Below, one piece after another: positions 46,573-56,114 of a stretch of DNA of 64,000 bases. The stretch comes from an uncultured Opitutales bacterium. Lineage in GTDB: Bacteria > Verrucomicrobiota > Verrucomicrobiia > Opitutales > CAZCJJ01. Every line of letters begins with the position of its first letter. The first letter of the stretch is position 1. Made by a program: the position numbers and the translations under genes. The stretch lies in NCBI GenBank assembly GCA_964499045.1, contig CAZCJJ010000001.1, positions 1,390 to 65,389 of the forward strand, read 5' to 3'. Under the pieces are notes generated by a model that was given only the letters and a program-made list of their open reading frames with translations, had not been told where the DNA came from and did not search any database.

Positions 46573-49275
46573 ATGAAAAAGAAATTATTGATTCCGTTCA
46601 CTCTCCTCATTGCGGCTATGCTGAACACCAGTGCTGAAACCCGGATGGAGGTGCGGCCAGGACTCGAGACAAAGCCTTTGGCGGCTATAGATATTGATGC
46701 GCCCGCTGAAGCAATCACGCTTGAGAACGGACTGCGCATCCGTGTATCGACGGAAGAGAAGGGCGATCTTCTTGAACTTCGCGTCGATTACGTAAACGAA
46801 GGGGCCGACCAGTTGGAAGTGGAGTTTGTGGTTGTTCATGAATTCTTCCCTGAGGACTATCCCGAATACTGGGATGGAACGCTGGAAACCCATGAGATCG
46901 CGCTGATTAACGGACCCCATGTACAGGACAACATTCGCCGCATGGCACCATGGACCGGAATTTTCGGTGCTGAGGATGGCGTCGGGATGGGGCTTGATCC
47001 ACTTCAACTTAAGAGCTTTATTGCGTCGCGTCTGATTCGGGATGAATCCATGGCTACGCTCGAATTTGCTACCCGGGTGGCAGTCAGCCCGGGTGAAGAG
47101 GGCGACATCGTCTTTTTTGTTTCACGCTTTTCCACGCGTTTTGGTGGCATCAGGGAGCTCACCCAGAGAGTCCACAATGCCTATCCTGATGTTTTCTCTC
47201 CGAATCCGAACGCATATCCTGTATTCTACGGTGCTTCAGCCCACTATTGGATGTCCCGTATCAATGAGAACAATATTCCAGGTAAGGCACCGATTGAGTT
47301 GATGAGGAGAGTCCACGCGACATGGGACTGGTCGTACGCTCCTTTTAAGCGTACGGGTGATCACTGGGGTTTTGAGGAACTTTGGGATTACACCCCGAAT
47401 GTGCCTTTTTCTGAGCGCCGTGCCGGCATTGTCCAGAACTCGTTTCATTTTAATGAAGTTTCGCGGGATGACTTCATGGGAATGCGTGCCCGGCACTTCA
47501 ACAACTGGGGTCGTCTGCACGGCATGTTGTTTTACAGTCCGGCTGGCGTCTGGGTTGAAAAGAGACTGGCGGAAGATTTTTTTGAGGATGCGCTCATTGT
47601 CGATCCCGATTACCGCTATGAACTTGCAAGCTGGGTGACGGGCTGGGACAGAGAGGTCAAGGTCTTCCCCTGGTACACTTCTTACGAGCCCTTTCTTCGC
47701 GAAAGCTTTGAAATAATCGCTGAAACCTACGACATCTCCGGGATTGCGATGGATGTAGCCCGTGGTGGGCCTAAGTATCGCGGGCCTGCAACGGACCAAC
47801 CTGTTCTCGGACGGGCCTACGATGAAAAAGGTGTGTTTCTCGACCAAGGTGTTGGCGTAGCCAACTTCATTGATTTTCTCCATACGCTTCCCGTTCGTTT
47901 TTCTCCGGAGCATGTATTGGCGGTAATCGGCAACCCGGAAACCGGAGGACAAACCTTTACGGTCACAACACGCTACGATGCGGGAATGTACGAGGGACCT
48001 CCTTATCATCGCCAGCGGGCAGCCATCCCGCTGGCACGGTATTTGTTGGGACAGAAGCCGCTGAACTGGTGGACGGGATGGATGTACACCCGTTATGCGG
48101 TACCCAACTGGGAAAACTTTGGGCGGGAACATTTTGAGGAAACGATGAATGGTCTCATCGATTATGTCATATTCAGCTCATTTGAATGGGGGGCGATTCC
48201 GACCGCGAACTATCAGTGGGGTATCCCAAGGTTAAACCAGTTGATGCCTGATATTATTGCATGTGTGCGTACCGGCTGGCAGGCGGTTTTCCCTGTCACC
48301 CATACAGCAGAGAATCTCAACCATTTGCACACGGCACGCTACGGCATGGCGGGGGACACTATTCTTTTCTGGGGAAACCCCTACGAGGATGACCAGGAGG
48401 TGACAGCGGATGTGGATAACAGCTATCTAGACGAGTATAATCTTATTTTTGTCGACTGGCTCAAGGGAACACCTCTGATGCAAAAAATCGAAACAGGCAG
48501 TACACGTTTGCATTTCAATCTGGAAAGCCGGACACCGATCCTGCATCGGGCTTTGCTGGCTCTGTCTTCAGAGACATCCATTCCCGGGTTGACCGCAACT
48601 GCCGAACGCTCCTTTGGTGCGATCCAAGTTAATGTGGATTTTGCCCAGGGAACACCCTCGACGTCTTTATTCCTGGCCGGGGTCATCGGTTATACGCTTG
48701 ATAAAGTGCTTGTGGACAACAAGCCCCTTGCGTTGGTCGCAACAAGCACCACACCTTGGGAAACCTCAGTTATGCTGCCTGGTGGCGCATCGAATTTACA
48801 ACTTTTCTATACTCGTACGTTGCTAGGATCTTCTCCGGAAGAAATTCTTGGAGCGGAGATCTTTGGACCGAAGGGTGAGATTCTGGCGGATGTGCAAATC
48901 GACGTGGTGGATGCCGTGGCCGATGATGTACGTATTCGCTTGGAGCAGTATCTGGCATACTACAGCGAAGTCCCCTTTTTCCCCAGCGGACCCTACGCCC
49001 GTGTGGGGATGGAAACCGACTCCCGCGAGAAAATCATCGTATCGCTTGATCCTGATTCCACCGCGGGTGTCACCCGTGACCTCTCTACTCGTATAACACG
49101 GTTGCAGGCGCCAAACGCCGCTCAGCTTCACGAAGTTATAGACAATTACCTTTCCCTGCTGGATGAGAAATACCCTTATCTCCCCCCGATGCGAGGCACT
49201 TGGGGAACGGATGAAAAACTACTAAGGCACGTTGGCTACAACAACGGCTATTTGATGCGAGGAGCCTCTGAATGA
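46573..49275 (+). CDS. Large secreted protein (900 aa), no recognisable domain
   Basis: Start re-set to the ATG at 46573 (MKKKLLIPFTLLIAAMLNTSAE signal peptide). The track start at 46447 would overlap the previous gene. Long uninterrupted ORF with coding-like composition. Confidence 0.6.
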   Translation: MKKKLLIPFTLLIAAMLNTSAETRMEVRPGLETKPLAAIDIDAPAEAITLENGLRIRVSTEEKGDLLELRVDYVNEGADQLEVEFVVVHEFFPEDYPEYWDGTLETHEIALINGPHVQDNIRRMAPWTGIFGAEDGVGMGLDPLQLKSFIASRLIRDESMATLEFATRVAVSPGEEGDIVFFVSRFSTRFGGIRELTQRVHNAYPDVFSPNPNAYPVFYGASAHYWMSRINENNIPGKAPIELMRRVHATWDWSYAPFKRTGDHWGFEELWDYTPNVPFSERRAGIVQNSFHFNEVSRDDFMGMRARHFNNWGRLHGMLFYSPAGVWVEKRLAEDFFEDALIVDPDYRYELASWVTGWDREVKVFPWYTSYEPFLRESFEIIAETYDISGIAMDVARGGPKYRGPATDQPVLGRAYDEKGVFLDQGVGVANFIDFLHTLPVRFSPEHVLAVIGNPETGGQTFTVTTRYDAGMYEGPPYHRQRAAIPLARYLLGQKPLNWWTGWMYTRYAVPNWENFGREHFEETMNGLIDYVIFSSFEWGAIPTANYQWGIPRLNQLMPDIIACVRTGWQAVFPVTHTAENLNHLHTARYGMAGDTILFWGNPYEDDQEVTADVDNSYLDEYNLIFVDWLKGTPLMQKIETGSTRLHFNLESRTPILHRALLALSSETSIPGLTATAERSFGAIQVNVDFAQGTPSTSLFLAGVIGYTLDKVLVDNKPLALVATSTTPWETSVMLPGGASNLQLFYTRTLLGSSPEEILGAEIFGPKGEILADVQIDVVDAVADDVRIRLEQYLAYYSEVPFFPSGPYARVGMETDSREKIIVSLDPDSTAGVTRDLSTRITRLQAPNAAQLHEVIDNYLSLLDEKYPYLPPMRGTWGTDEKLLRHVGYNNGYLMRGASE

Positions 49276-50138
49276 AGATGAATAATCCCAGAACATGCAG
49301 TGGGCTGTGGGTGGCGGTGATAGGGTTTGCGTGCAGCCTGAGCGGTAGCGTCATTCTTGAGACTGATACCCTGCGGATTGAGGTCCTTCCAGAGAGCAGC
49401 GGGCGGATCACAAGTCTCTATGACAAGCGAAGCGAATTGGAGCATATAGAACCGCTGCGGGAGGAAACGGATTTTTTCTCTCCTCTCGTTCCTGCTTTTA
49501 TTCAGTCCAACCAAGCCGGGTTCAAGGACTGGTTCTGGGGGCGTCGCATCGCGCCGAAGATACCCTTTGTCGTCGATGACTACAGCTATTCCGCCGATAG
49601 CCCGTGGGTGCGTTTGAGTGGAGAGGTCGATGGAGTCGAAATTACCAGAACGATCACACTCGACCGGGATACAGACAGTGTGCTTGTCGAAGTCAGGCTA
49701 TCCTCTCAGGTAGAAAGAACCGTTTCCTATTGGGCACATTTGGTTTTAAATCATCTGCATTATCTTGATCCGGAAACAGGCGAAGGTATTGTGGCAGGTC
49801 GTTTCCTAGCGGGAGCTGGACACCGACAGGGGAGGGCACTTGTCAGGCTGGAATCCAGTGGTCAGCAGACGTTCGCAACGCGTATCGGGGACTATGCCTT
49901 TGCCACGCAAGAAGCCCTCTTTACCCGTATGCGCCCTAAGGGGGGCGAGGGCCTCACCTTGACAGCCGATCCCCTTTTTCTCTCAGGAGAGGGCTTTTTC
50001 TACACTTGGCAAAATGCCGGAACAGTTACATTGGAGGCCGTATGGCCTCCGGTTAAATTGAGTCCGGGCTACCCAGTCACACTCATGTTTTCATTTTCCC
50101 CTGAAGGGGAAACCACACCATCAATACAACCTCAATAA
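49272..50138 (+). CDS. Secreted hypothetical protein
   Basis: The ATG overlaps the upstream stop (ATGA at 49272-49275). Signal-like LWVAVIGFACSLSGS. Confidence 0.55.
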   Translation: MKMNNPRTCSGLWVAVIGFACSLSGSVILETDTLRIEVLPESSGRITSLYDKRSELEHIEPLREETDFFSPLVPAFIQSNQAGFKDWFWGRRIAPKIPFVVDDYSYSADSPWVRLSGEVDGVEITRTITLDRDTDSVLVEVRLSSQVERTVSYWAHLVLNHLHYLDPETGEGIVAGRFLAGAGHRQGRALVRLESSGQQTFATRIGDYAFATQEALFTRMRPKGGEGLTLTADPLFLSGEGFFYTWQNAGTVTLEAVWPPVKLSPGYPVTLMFSFSPEGETTPSIQPQ

Positions 50139-50146
50139 TAAAATCT

Positions 50147-50992
50147 ATGAAAAACCATAAGAATATAAAACGCGTCGGGGGACTGCTACTCGCAAGTGCC
50201 TTGTTTTGTTTTCCGGCATTCGTTCACAGTCAGGTTATCTGGCAAACCGACTTTTCCGATTATACCCTTGGAACTGTCGGAGGGCAGGATAATTGGACCA
50301 ATAACTCGACGGGGACAGCAACCGCCGACATCATCGCCAGTGGCTCTGGTGGTGCGCCAGTCTCACCCACCGGGACTAATCTGTTGGAATTGATACGGAC
50401 TGCTACCAGTGGCAATACGCCTATCGCTAGGCAGACGTTTTTGCCCATAAACAATGCCGTCAGCAGTGGGATGGTGAAATTCAGCTACTCCATGGCGATC
50501 AATACAGCATCCAATTTCCCTAGCTACCAAGTGACCTTCGGTAATTCGATGACCGGAAACTTTGGAATCCGGACGGGTATAAAGTTCGAGACAACCGGGG
50601 ATCCCGGACGCTACCTTTATATCCGCCTTCCGGACAATACTATCGTTTATCTGGATGCGGATCCGGGAGCCGAGGGGAGAAGTCCCGTTGTGCAGGATGA
50701 GTTCTACCGGTTTGATATTCTGCTCAATATCGATACAGAGCACTACAAGGTTTCGGTTTTTAACGAGAGTGGTGCCTTGCTTGATTCGACGACTTGGCTC
50801 ACCGGCATCCTTGGCAGTGGCGAAACCAATCCTTTCAACCGTATCCATGTTGAAGTCAATGGAGGCAGTCTTGATGACACCATGTATCTCGATTCCATGC
50901 TCGTAGCGATTCCTGAACCCGCGAGTGTGGCGACGGTTGCCGGCTTGCTGGCTCTATTTGCGGTATGCCTGATCCGTCTGCGCAGAAAATAA
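50147..50992 (+). CDS. PEP-CTERM sorting-domain protein
   Basis: Signal peptide LLLASALFCFPAFVHSQ. C-terminal VAIPEPASVATVAGLLALFAVCLIRLRRK is a PEP motif plus TM helix plus basic tail. Confidence 0.8.
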   Translation: MKNHKNIKRVGGLLLASALFCFPAFVHSQVIWQTDFSDYTLGTVGGQDNWTNNSTGTATADIIASGSGGAPVSPTGTNLLELIRTATSGNTPIARQTFLPINNAVSSGMVKFSYSMAINTASNFPSYQVTFGNSMTGNFGIRTGIKFETTGDPGRYLYIRLPDNTIVYLDADPGAEGRSPVVQDEFYRFDILLNIDTEHYKVSVFNESGALLDSTTWLTGILGSGETNPFNRIHVEVNGGSLDDTMYLDSMLVAIPEPASVATVAGLLALFAVCLIRLRRK

Positions 50993-51096
50993 TCCTGTGC
51001 ATGGTTTCCACCTCTTGTTTCTCTTTGCATCATCGTCCACCACGGTCAACTGCTCTGGTGGACGAGGTTTGCATTGACCCGGGATGGAAGTATTTT

Positions 51097-52646
51097 GGGT
51101 CTTCAGAAAAATCTGTGGGTAAATAATGGTTGATCTGCGTTCCATAGTTCTACGCTACGGGCAAGCAGAATCTCGGCATAAACTCAGCCGCATTCGCGAC
51201 TTCGGCCCTGCAAGCAGGGCACTTTATACGAGATTCTACTTGCCCTCCACTGCGTCCGATGGAGTGAAAGGAGGTGTTTCTTTCCTTCGGAAAAAAATGT
51301 TTTTCCTTCTTTTTGCTGGAAAGGCGCATCGGCGCCCTTTGAGTAATTGGTGTGAAAACAATAACGAAAAAAAAGGAACGCCGATGCAAGTAAAGACATT
51401 GCTCAATGCCTGTCATCGGATCAAGGGTTTTGTTTACGCATGTGTTCGATTCGAGCGGGTGCGATGTCAAAACAGCATCGTGGCTGAGGTTCGCCCCCGC
51501 CAAGGCTCCAGGCCGGTTTGTTCGGGTTGCGGCCGCAAGGCCTCCGGATACGATGCCGCCACTGAGGCGCGCCTGTTTCAGTTTGTGCCCATCTTGGGTT
51601 ATCAGTGTTACCTGCGTTACCGGATGCGACGTGTCCAATGTAAGGGTTGCGGTGTGAAGACAGAGCGCGTTCCCTGGGCGGAAGGCAAAGTTCCGCTTTG
51701 TCGGTGTTATCAGCTCTTTCTTGCCGGATGGGCACGGCGATTGTCCTGGAAGGAGACTGCCGATGCTTTTCGCACCAGTTGGCACACGGTTTATTCTTCG
51801 GTTGAGCTGGTTGTCCGATATGGATTGCGGCATCGAAGTCTTGATGGAATCAGGGCCATTGGTGTCGATGAATGGCAGTGGCGCAAGGGGCATGATTATG
51901 TCACCCTGGTCTATCAGATTGATGGCAATTGCCGTCGCCTGCTTCATATCGCCGAAAAACGAACCGTACGCTCGTTGATTAGTTTCTTCCGGATGCTCGG
52001 GCCGGGCCGTAGCGCCGAGATCAGGTACGTATGCTCGGACATGTGGAAACCATATCTGAAAGTTATCGCCAAAAAAATTCCGCAGGCCCTGCACATTCTG
52101 GATCGTTTTCACATTGTCGCGAACTTGAACAAGGCTCTCAACGAGATTCGGGCTGCGGAAGTAAAACGACTTAACCGCGAAGGTTATGATGAAGTGCTCA
52201 AGAATACCAAATATTGTTTCGCGAAAAATCCAGAGAATCTCACCGAAGGGCAGAAAGCACGACTTGACAATGTCATGCAATACGACCTCAAAAGCGTAAA
52301 GGCATACTTGCTCAAGGAATCCTTCCAGGTGTTCTGGACCTACCGTAGTCCATACTGGGCTCGCTGGTATCTGAAGAAGTGGTGTTACAGAGCAGCCAGG
52401 TCGAAACTTGAACCCATCAAGAAGTTCGTCAAATCGATCCGCAAACACGAGAAGCTTATTATTAACTACTTCAAAGCTAAATGCGCCTTCTCCTCCGGCA
52501 TTGTCGAAGGGCTCAACCGCAACGTGAATCTGATTACCAGAAAAGCCTATGGTTATCGAACTTTTAATGCACTGGAAGTTGCTCTTTATCATACGATTGG
52601 AGATTTGCCGGAACCTGAATCAACCCACGAATTCTTTTGAAGAGGC
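51097..52646 (+). mobile_element. ISL3-family insertion sequence, intact, with 8-bp target-site duplication
   Basis: Imperfect 24-bp terminal inverted repeats: gggtcttcagaaaaatctgtgggt (51097-51120) versus the reverse complement of 52623-52646, gcctcttcaaaagaattcgtgggt (18/24 identical by hand). Flanked by direct repeats AGTATTTT at 51089-51096 and 52647-52654. A single transposase ORF ends inside the right IR. Confidence 0.85.
51384..52640 (+). CDS. ISL3-family transposase
   Basis: Start re-set to the ATG at 51384 (MQVKTLLN). zf-ISL3-like CSGCGRK...CKGCG, then a DDE domain with IGVDEWQWRKGHDYVTLVY, VCSDMWKPY, LDRFHIV and SGIVEGLNRNVNLITRKAYGYR, all typical of ISL3 family transposases. Confidence 0.85.
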   Translation: MQVKTLLNACHRIKGFVYACVRFERVRCQNSIVAEVRPRQGSRPVCSGCGRKASGYDAATEARLFQFVPILGYQCYLRYRMRRVQCKGCGVKTERVPWAEGKVPLCRCYQLFLAGWARRLSWKETADAFRTSWHTVYSSVELVVRYGLRHRSLDGIRAIGVDEWQWRKGHDYVTLVYQIDGNCRRLLHIAEKRTVRSLISFFRMLGPGRSAEIRYVCSDMWKPYLKVIAKKIPQALHILDRFHIVANLNKALNEIRAAEVKRLNREGYDEVLKNTKYCFAKNPENLTEGQKARLDNVMQYDLKSVKAYLLKESFQVFWTYRSPYWARWYLKKWCYRAARSKLEPIKKFVKSIRKHEKLIINYFKAKCAFSSGIVEGLNRNVNLITRKAYGYRTFNALEVALYHTIGDLPEPESTHEFF

Positions 52647-52721
52647 AGTATTTTAAATGGTGAAAGTGATATACCGGTCTGTTGCAAGTTGTGAAACTAT
52701 CGGGCTAATACTGCCATCTAT

Positions 52722-53492
52722 ATGAAAATGAATATAATGTTATCTATTCCTCCCATTTTTTTCTCTATGGTCGCACTGGGTGCACCAGCCAACGAAGATC
52801 TGGATGCGTCCCTTAATGCCGAGAACACGCTGACCGCTCCCTCCAGTGAGGCGGGTGTCAGGGTCGTATTCATTGGAGACTCAACGGTCAGTTCGTATCG
52901 CGAGGACAGTAGCAAGATCCGTGGATGGGGGCAGGTCATGCCAGTTTATTTCAAAGAGGAGGTAGCCTTCCTCAATGCGGCGCGTAGCGGAGCGAGTACG
53001 AAGAGTTTTCTTGCCGGCGAATTTTGGCAGGCTGCTTTGGAATTCGAACCTGATTTTGTCTTTGTTCAGTTCGGACATAACGACCAAAAGGATGACCCTG
53101 CCCGGGGAACAGACCATGCCACCACTTACAGGGATAACCTGCGCAAGTTTGTGCGTGAGACTCGTGAAGCAGGAGCGACCCCGATTCTAATCACCCCCGT
53201 CGCGCGGCGTACTTTCCGGGAGGGGAAACTGCATACCAGTCTGCAGCCCTGGGCTGATGCTGTTCAGGCGGTTGCCTTGGAAGAGGGGGTTCCTGTTATC
53301 GACCTGCATGCCCTGAGTATGGAATTCTTCAGAAATACCGGCGAAGAGGCTGGCGCTTGGATCAATGCCGGTTCCCCTCAGGATCGCACCCATTTCTCCG
53401 AAGAAGGGGCGCTGGCGATTGCGGGCCTGATTGTTGCTCAATTGCCCTCTCATGTGCCGGATCTCGCAGTATGGCTCGAACCCAATGAGTGA
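52722..53492 (+). CDS. SGNH/GDSL hydrolase (rhamnogalacturonan acetylesterase-like)
   Basis: Block I VVFIGDSTVSSY, block III FVQFGHND, and block V region DRTHFSEEGA (D-x-x-H). Confidence 0.75.
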   Translation: MKMNIMLSIPPIFFSMVALGAPANEDLDASLNAENTLTAPSSEAGVRVVFIGDSTVSSYREDSSKIRGWGQVMPVYFKEEVAFLNAARSGASTKSFLAGEFWQAALEFEPDFVFVQFGHNDQKDDPARGTDHATTYRDNLRKFVRETREAGATPILITPVARRTFREGKLHTSLQPWADAVQAVALEEGVPVIDLHALSMEFFRNTGEEAGAWINAGSPQDRTHFSEEGALAIAGLIVAQLPSHVPDLAVWLEPNE

Positions 53493-53569
53493 ATTTGCCT
53501 GAAGACACCTACTAATCAAGACGAACCGCTTCTTGGCCTAAATGCTTACACTGTGATGCTAAAAACAGA

Positions 53570-54712
53570 ATGCGAAGAATCACTCAAACGGATATTGCGA
53601 AAGCCTTGAATGTGAGTCCATCCACCGTGGGTTTGGTGGTTGGTAATACCCATTCCCCTTTGCGCAAGCATCTGAATAAGGAGACGATACGCAGGATTGA
53701 GGAAAAAGCCCGTGAGCTCGGTTATCGTCCTAATCGTGCGGCACAGGTGGTGCGGCGGGGACGTACAAATCTGTTGGCTCATCTTAACTGCAGTGGCTTT
53801 TCGGAACTGGCTGGCCAGACTTCCTATCATATCGGACGTCTGGTTTTGGAGGCAGGATTTGACTACCAGATGATCAATTCGTACTGGTGGCCGGGCGCGG
53901 GGGACAGCGTGATTGAGAGGATACTCTCGCTGCATCCCGAAGGGGTCATTGTGTCCGGGGCACTCCAGATGGAGATCGATTTTAAAAAGTTCCGACAGGT
54001 TGGGATTCCGGTGGTCGGAGTCGGATTGGAAATTCCCGGGTTCACATGGGTCAGGTATAATGCCCGGGCAGCGATTGAGGAGATTACACGCCACTGTCTC
54101 CAGTTGGGACGAAAGCCGGCCATTCTGCTGCATAACTTAAATAACTGGCAGTCGTGGGAACGTCGCCGGGGATTCATGGATGCTTTGGCCGCAGCGAACC
54201 TGAAACCTGTGGTTGAATGTTCGGTTGAGCCCAGGGGCAAAGCAACGTTGTCTTACCCTGCTGTCCTCTACGCCGGTGCTGGTGGGCATCGGAAGGGTAT
54301 CTTTGACTTCGGAGCAGATGCGGCCAGATTTTTACTGGAAGTGGATCAATTGCCAAGGGCTTTGATTTGTACAAATGACAATTATGCGATTGGAGCGATT
54401 ACGGTGCTTCAGCGTGCGGGTGTTCGGATTCCTGAAGACGTTGCGGTGAGCGGGTTTGATAATGTGGGTTACTGCACCCAAGGTCCGGTTACACTGACCT
54501 CAGTGGAGCAACCTGTGGAGAAGAGTTGTCATGAGGCAGTCACGTTGTTGAAAAAGCAAATCGGGAAGCCCCTGCCCCGGAATGAAGAGGGGCGCGAATA
54601 TGTCCAACCCTGCCGGATTCATTGGCGGGAGTCGATGCCGCATAACCCGGAAGGCGAGCAGCAATTGCAGTGTGCTACTTTTCGCGAGGGAGAGGCTCGT
54701 CAAAGACCCTGA
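53570..54712 (+). CDS. LacI-family transcriptional regulator
   Basis: N-terminal HTH ITQTDIAKALNVSPSTVGLVVGN, followed by a periplasmic-binding-protein-like sugar-binding core (ALICTNDNYAIGAITVLQRAGVRIPEDVAVSGFDN). Confidence 0.85.
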   Translation: MRRITQTDIAKALNVSPSTVGLVVGNTHSPLRKHLNKETIRRIEEKARELGYRPNRAAQVVRRGRTNLLAHLNCSGFSELAGQTSYHIGRLVLEAGFDYQMINSYWWPGAGDSVIERILSLHPEGVIVSGALQMEIDFKKFRQVGIPVVGVGLEIPGFTWVRYNARAAIEEITRHCLQLGRKPAILLHNLNNWQSWERRRGFMDALAAANLKPVVECSVEPRGKATLSYPAVLYAGAGGHRKGIFDFGADAARFLLEVDQLPRALICTNDNYAIGAITVLQRAGVRIPEDVAVSGFDNVGYCTQGPVTLTSVEQPVEKSCHEAVTLLKKQIGKPLPRNEEGREYVQPCRIHWRESMPHNPEGEQQLQCATFREGEARQRP

Positions 54713-54737
54713 GCAATGTCGAACTCGGGCTAAAGCT

Positions 54738-55910
54738 TCACGTTACGAGGGCTTCGCTCAGGATGCTGCGGAAGTATTCCAGATCTTCTTTCCGGTGGGC
54801 GGCGGAGATCTGGGTCCGGATGCGGGCCTGACCGCGTGGGACTACAGGGTAAGAGAAGGGGGCGGTGTAGATGCCTTTGCCGAAGAGGCGTTCAGCCACT
54901 TGGCGGGTGAGGGTGTCTTCCTTCAGGATAATGGGACAGATGGGATGCACCTCACCGGGGGTGGGGAAACCCATGGTCTCCAGTTCACTCCGCCACCAGC
55001 GGGCAAGGTCCCAGAGATGCTCCCGGCGGGACGCATCATCCCGGGCGATCCGGATGGCTTCCCGCGCCACTTCGACCAGGGACGGGGCGAGGGAGTTGGA
55101 AAACAGATAGGGGCGGCTCTTTTGCCGCAGCACTTCAATCAGGCCCTTGCGTCCGGCGACATAACCGCCGCTGGCCCCGCCTAGGGCCTTGCCAAAGGTC
55201 CCCGACACCAGATCCACCCGATGCTGGCAAGCATCCCGCTCCGGAGTTCCGGCGCCAGTGGGGCCGACAAACCCGATGGCATGGGAATCGTCAATGAAGA
55301 CCAGAGCTTCATACTGTTCAGCCAGATCACATATCCCCCGGACATCCGCGTACGTACCGTCCATGCTGAAAACACCATCGCTGACAATGAGAATGGTTTC
55401 CGCCCCGCCTTCCCGTGCCTCCTTCAGGCATTGCTCCAGTTCCTGCAGGTTGCGGTTGGCATAGCGGTAACGCCTGGCTTTGCACAGGCGGATGCCGTCG
55501 ATCAGGCTGGCGTGGTTCAGGGCATCGCTGATGATTGCATCCTTTTCAGACAGCAGGGCTTCAAAGAGCCCGGCATTGGCATCAAAACAGGAGCTGTAGA
55601 GGATGCAGTCCTCCGCGCCCACCCATTCGGCCAGTTCGGTTTCAAGCTGGCAGTGAATGTCCTGCGTGCCGCAGATGAAGCGGACCGAGGCCATGCCGAC
55701 CCCATGTGTCTCCAGGGCTCTTGCCGCCACCTCCCGCAGGCGCGGGTCATTGGCGAGCCCAAGGTAGTTATTGCTGCAAAAGTTGAGCATGTCCGTACCG
55801 TCGGGCAGGCGGATTCGCGCATCCTGGGGACTGGCGAAGGGGCTTTCGATTTTGCGGGCTATGGAGGCCAGCAGGGTACGGTGCTGTTCCTGTGTCTTGG
55901 TTGAGTACAT
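54738..55910 (-). CDS. kbl: Glycine C-acetyltransferase (2-amino-3-ketobutyrate CoA ligase)
   Basis: MLNFCSNNYLGLANDPRL, ASVRFICGTQDIHCQLE, DDSHAIGFVG and the SGTFGKALGG PLP-lysine motif. Adjacent to tdh. Confidence 0.9.
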   Translation of the reverse strand: MYSTKTQEQHRTLLASIARKIESPFASPQDARIRLPDGTDMLNFCSNNYLGLANDPRLREVAARALETHGVGMASVRFICGTQDIHCQLETELAEWVGAEDCILYSSCFDANAGLFEALLSEKDAIISDALNHASLIDGIRLCKARRYRYANRNLQELEQCLKEAREGGAETILIVSDGVFSMDGTYADVRGICDLAEQYEALVFIDDSHAIGFVGPTGAGTPERDACQHRVDLVSGTFGKALGGASGGYVAGRKGLIEVLRQKSRPYLFSNSLAPSLVEVAREAIRIARDDASRREHLWDLARWWRSELETMGFPTPGEVHPICPIILKEDTLTRQVAERLFGKGIYTAPFSYPVVPRGQARIRTQISAAHRKEDLEYFRSILSEALVT

Positions 55911-55920
55911 GATGCGCTTT

Positions 55921-55994
55921 GGTGGTTAGGCGGTAGGTATTTAGGCGGTAGGTGTTTAGGGGTTTTGCAGTTTAGGGGTTTCGGTATTTTGGGT
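55921..55994. repeat. G-rich TTTAGG(G)-like degenerate repeat tract
   Basis: ggtggttaggcggtaggtatttaggcggtaggtgtttaggggttttgcagtttaggggtttcggtattttgggtg, in the tdh-kbl gap. Confidence 0.7.
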
Positions 55995-56006
55995 GTCGAA
56001 ATCGGT

Positions 56007-56113
56007 TATCCTATTCTCCGCAGTTGAACCACTGATCAATACCGCTAGACTTTTGAGCTTCTGATTATCAGTGTTGATTTGTGTCCATCAGTGGTTGAAT
56101 AGCTGTTTTTAGG
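56007..56113. repeat. MITE-like intergenic element, copy C (short form)
   Basis: tatcctattctccgcagttgaaccactgatcaata...ctgattatcagtgttgatttgtgtccatcagtggttgaatagctgtttttagg. It ends one nt before the tdh stop codon. Confidence 0.65.
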
Positions 56114-56114
56114 A

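Noticed and set aside
51150-52592. 480-aa minus-strand ORF covering almost the whole IS element.
   Set aside because: It is antisense to the ISL3 transposase, whose zf-ISL3 and DDE motifs are clear on the + strand. The antisense translation has no recognisable features.
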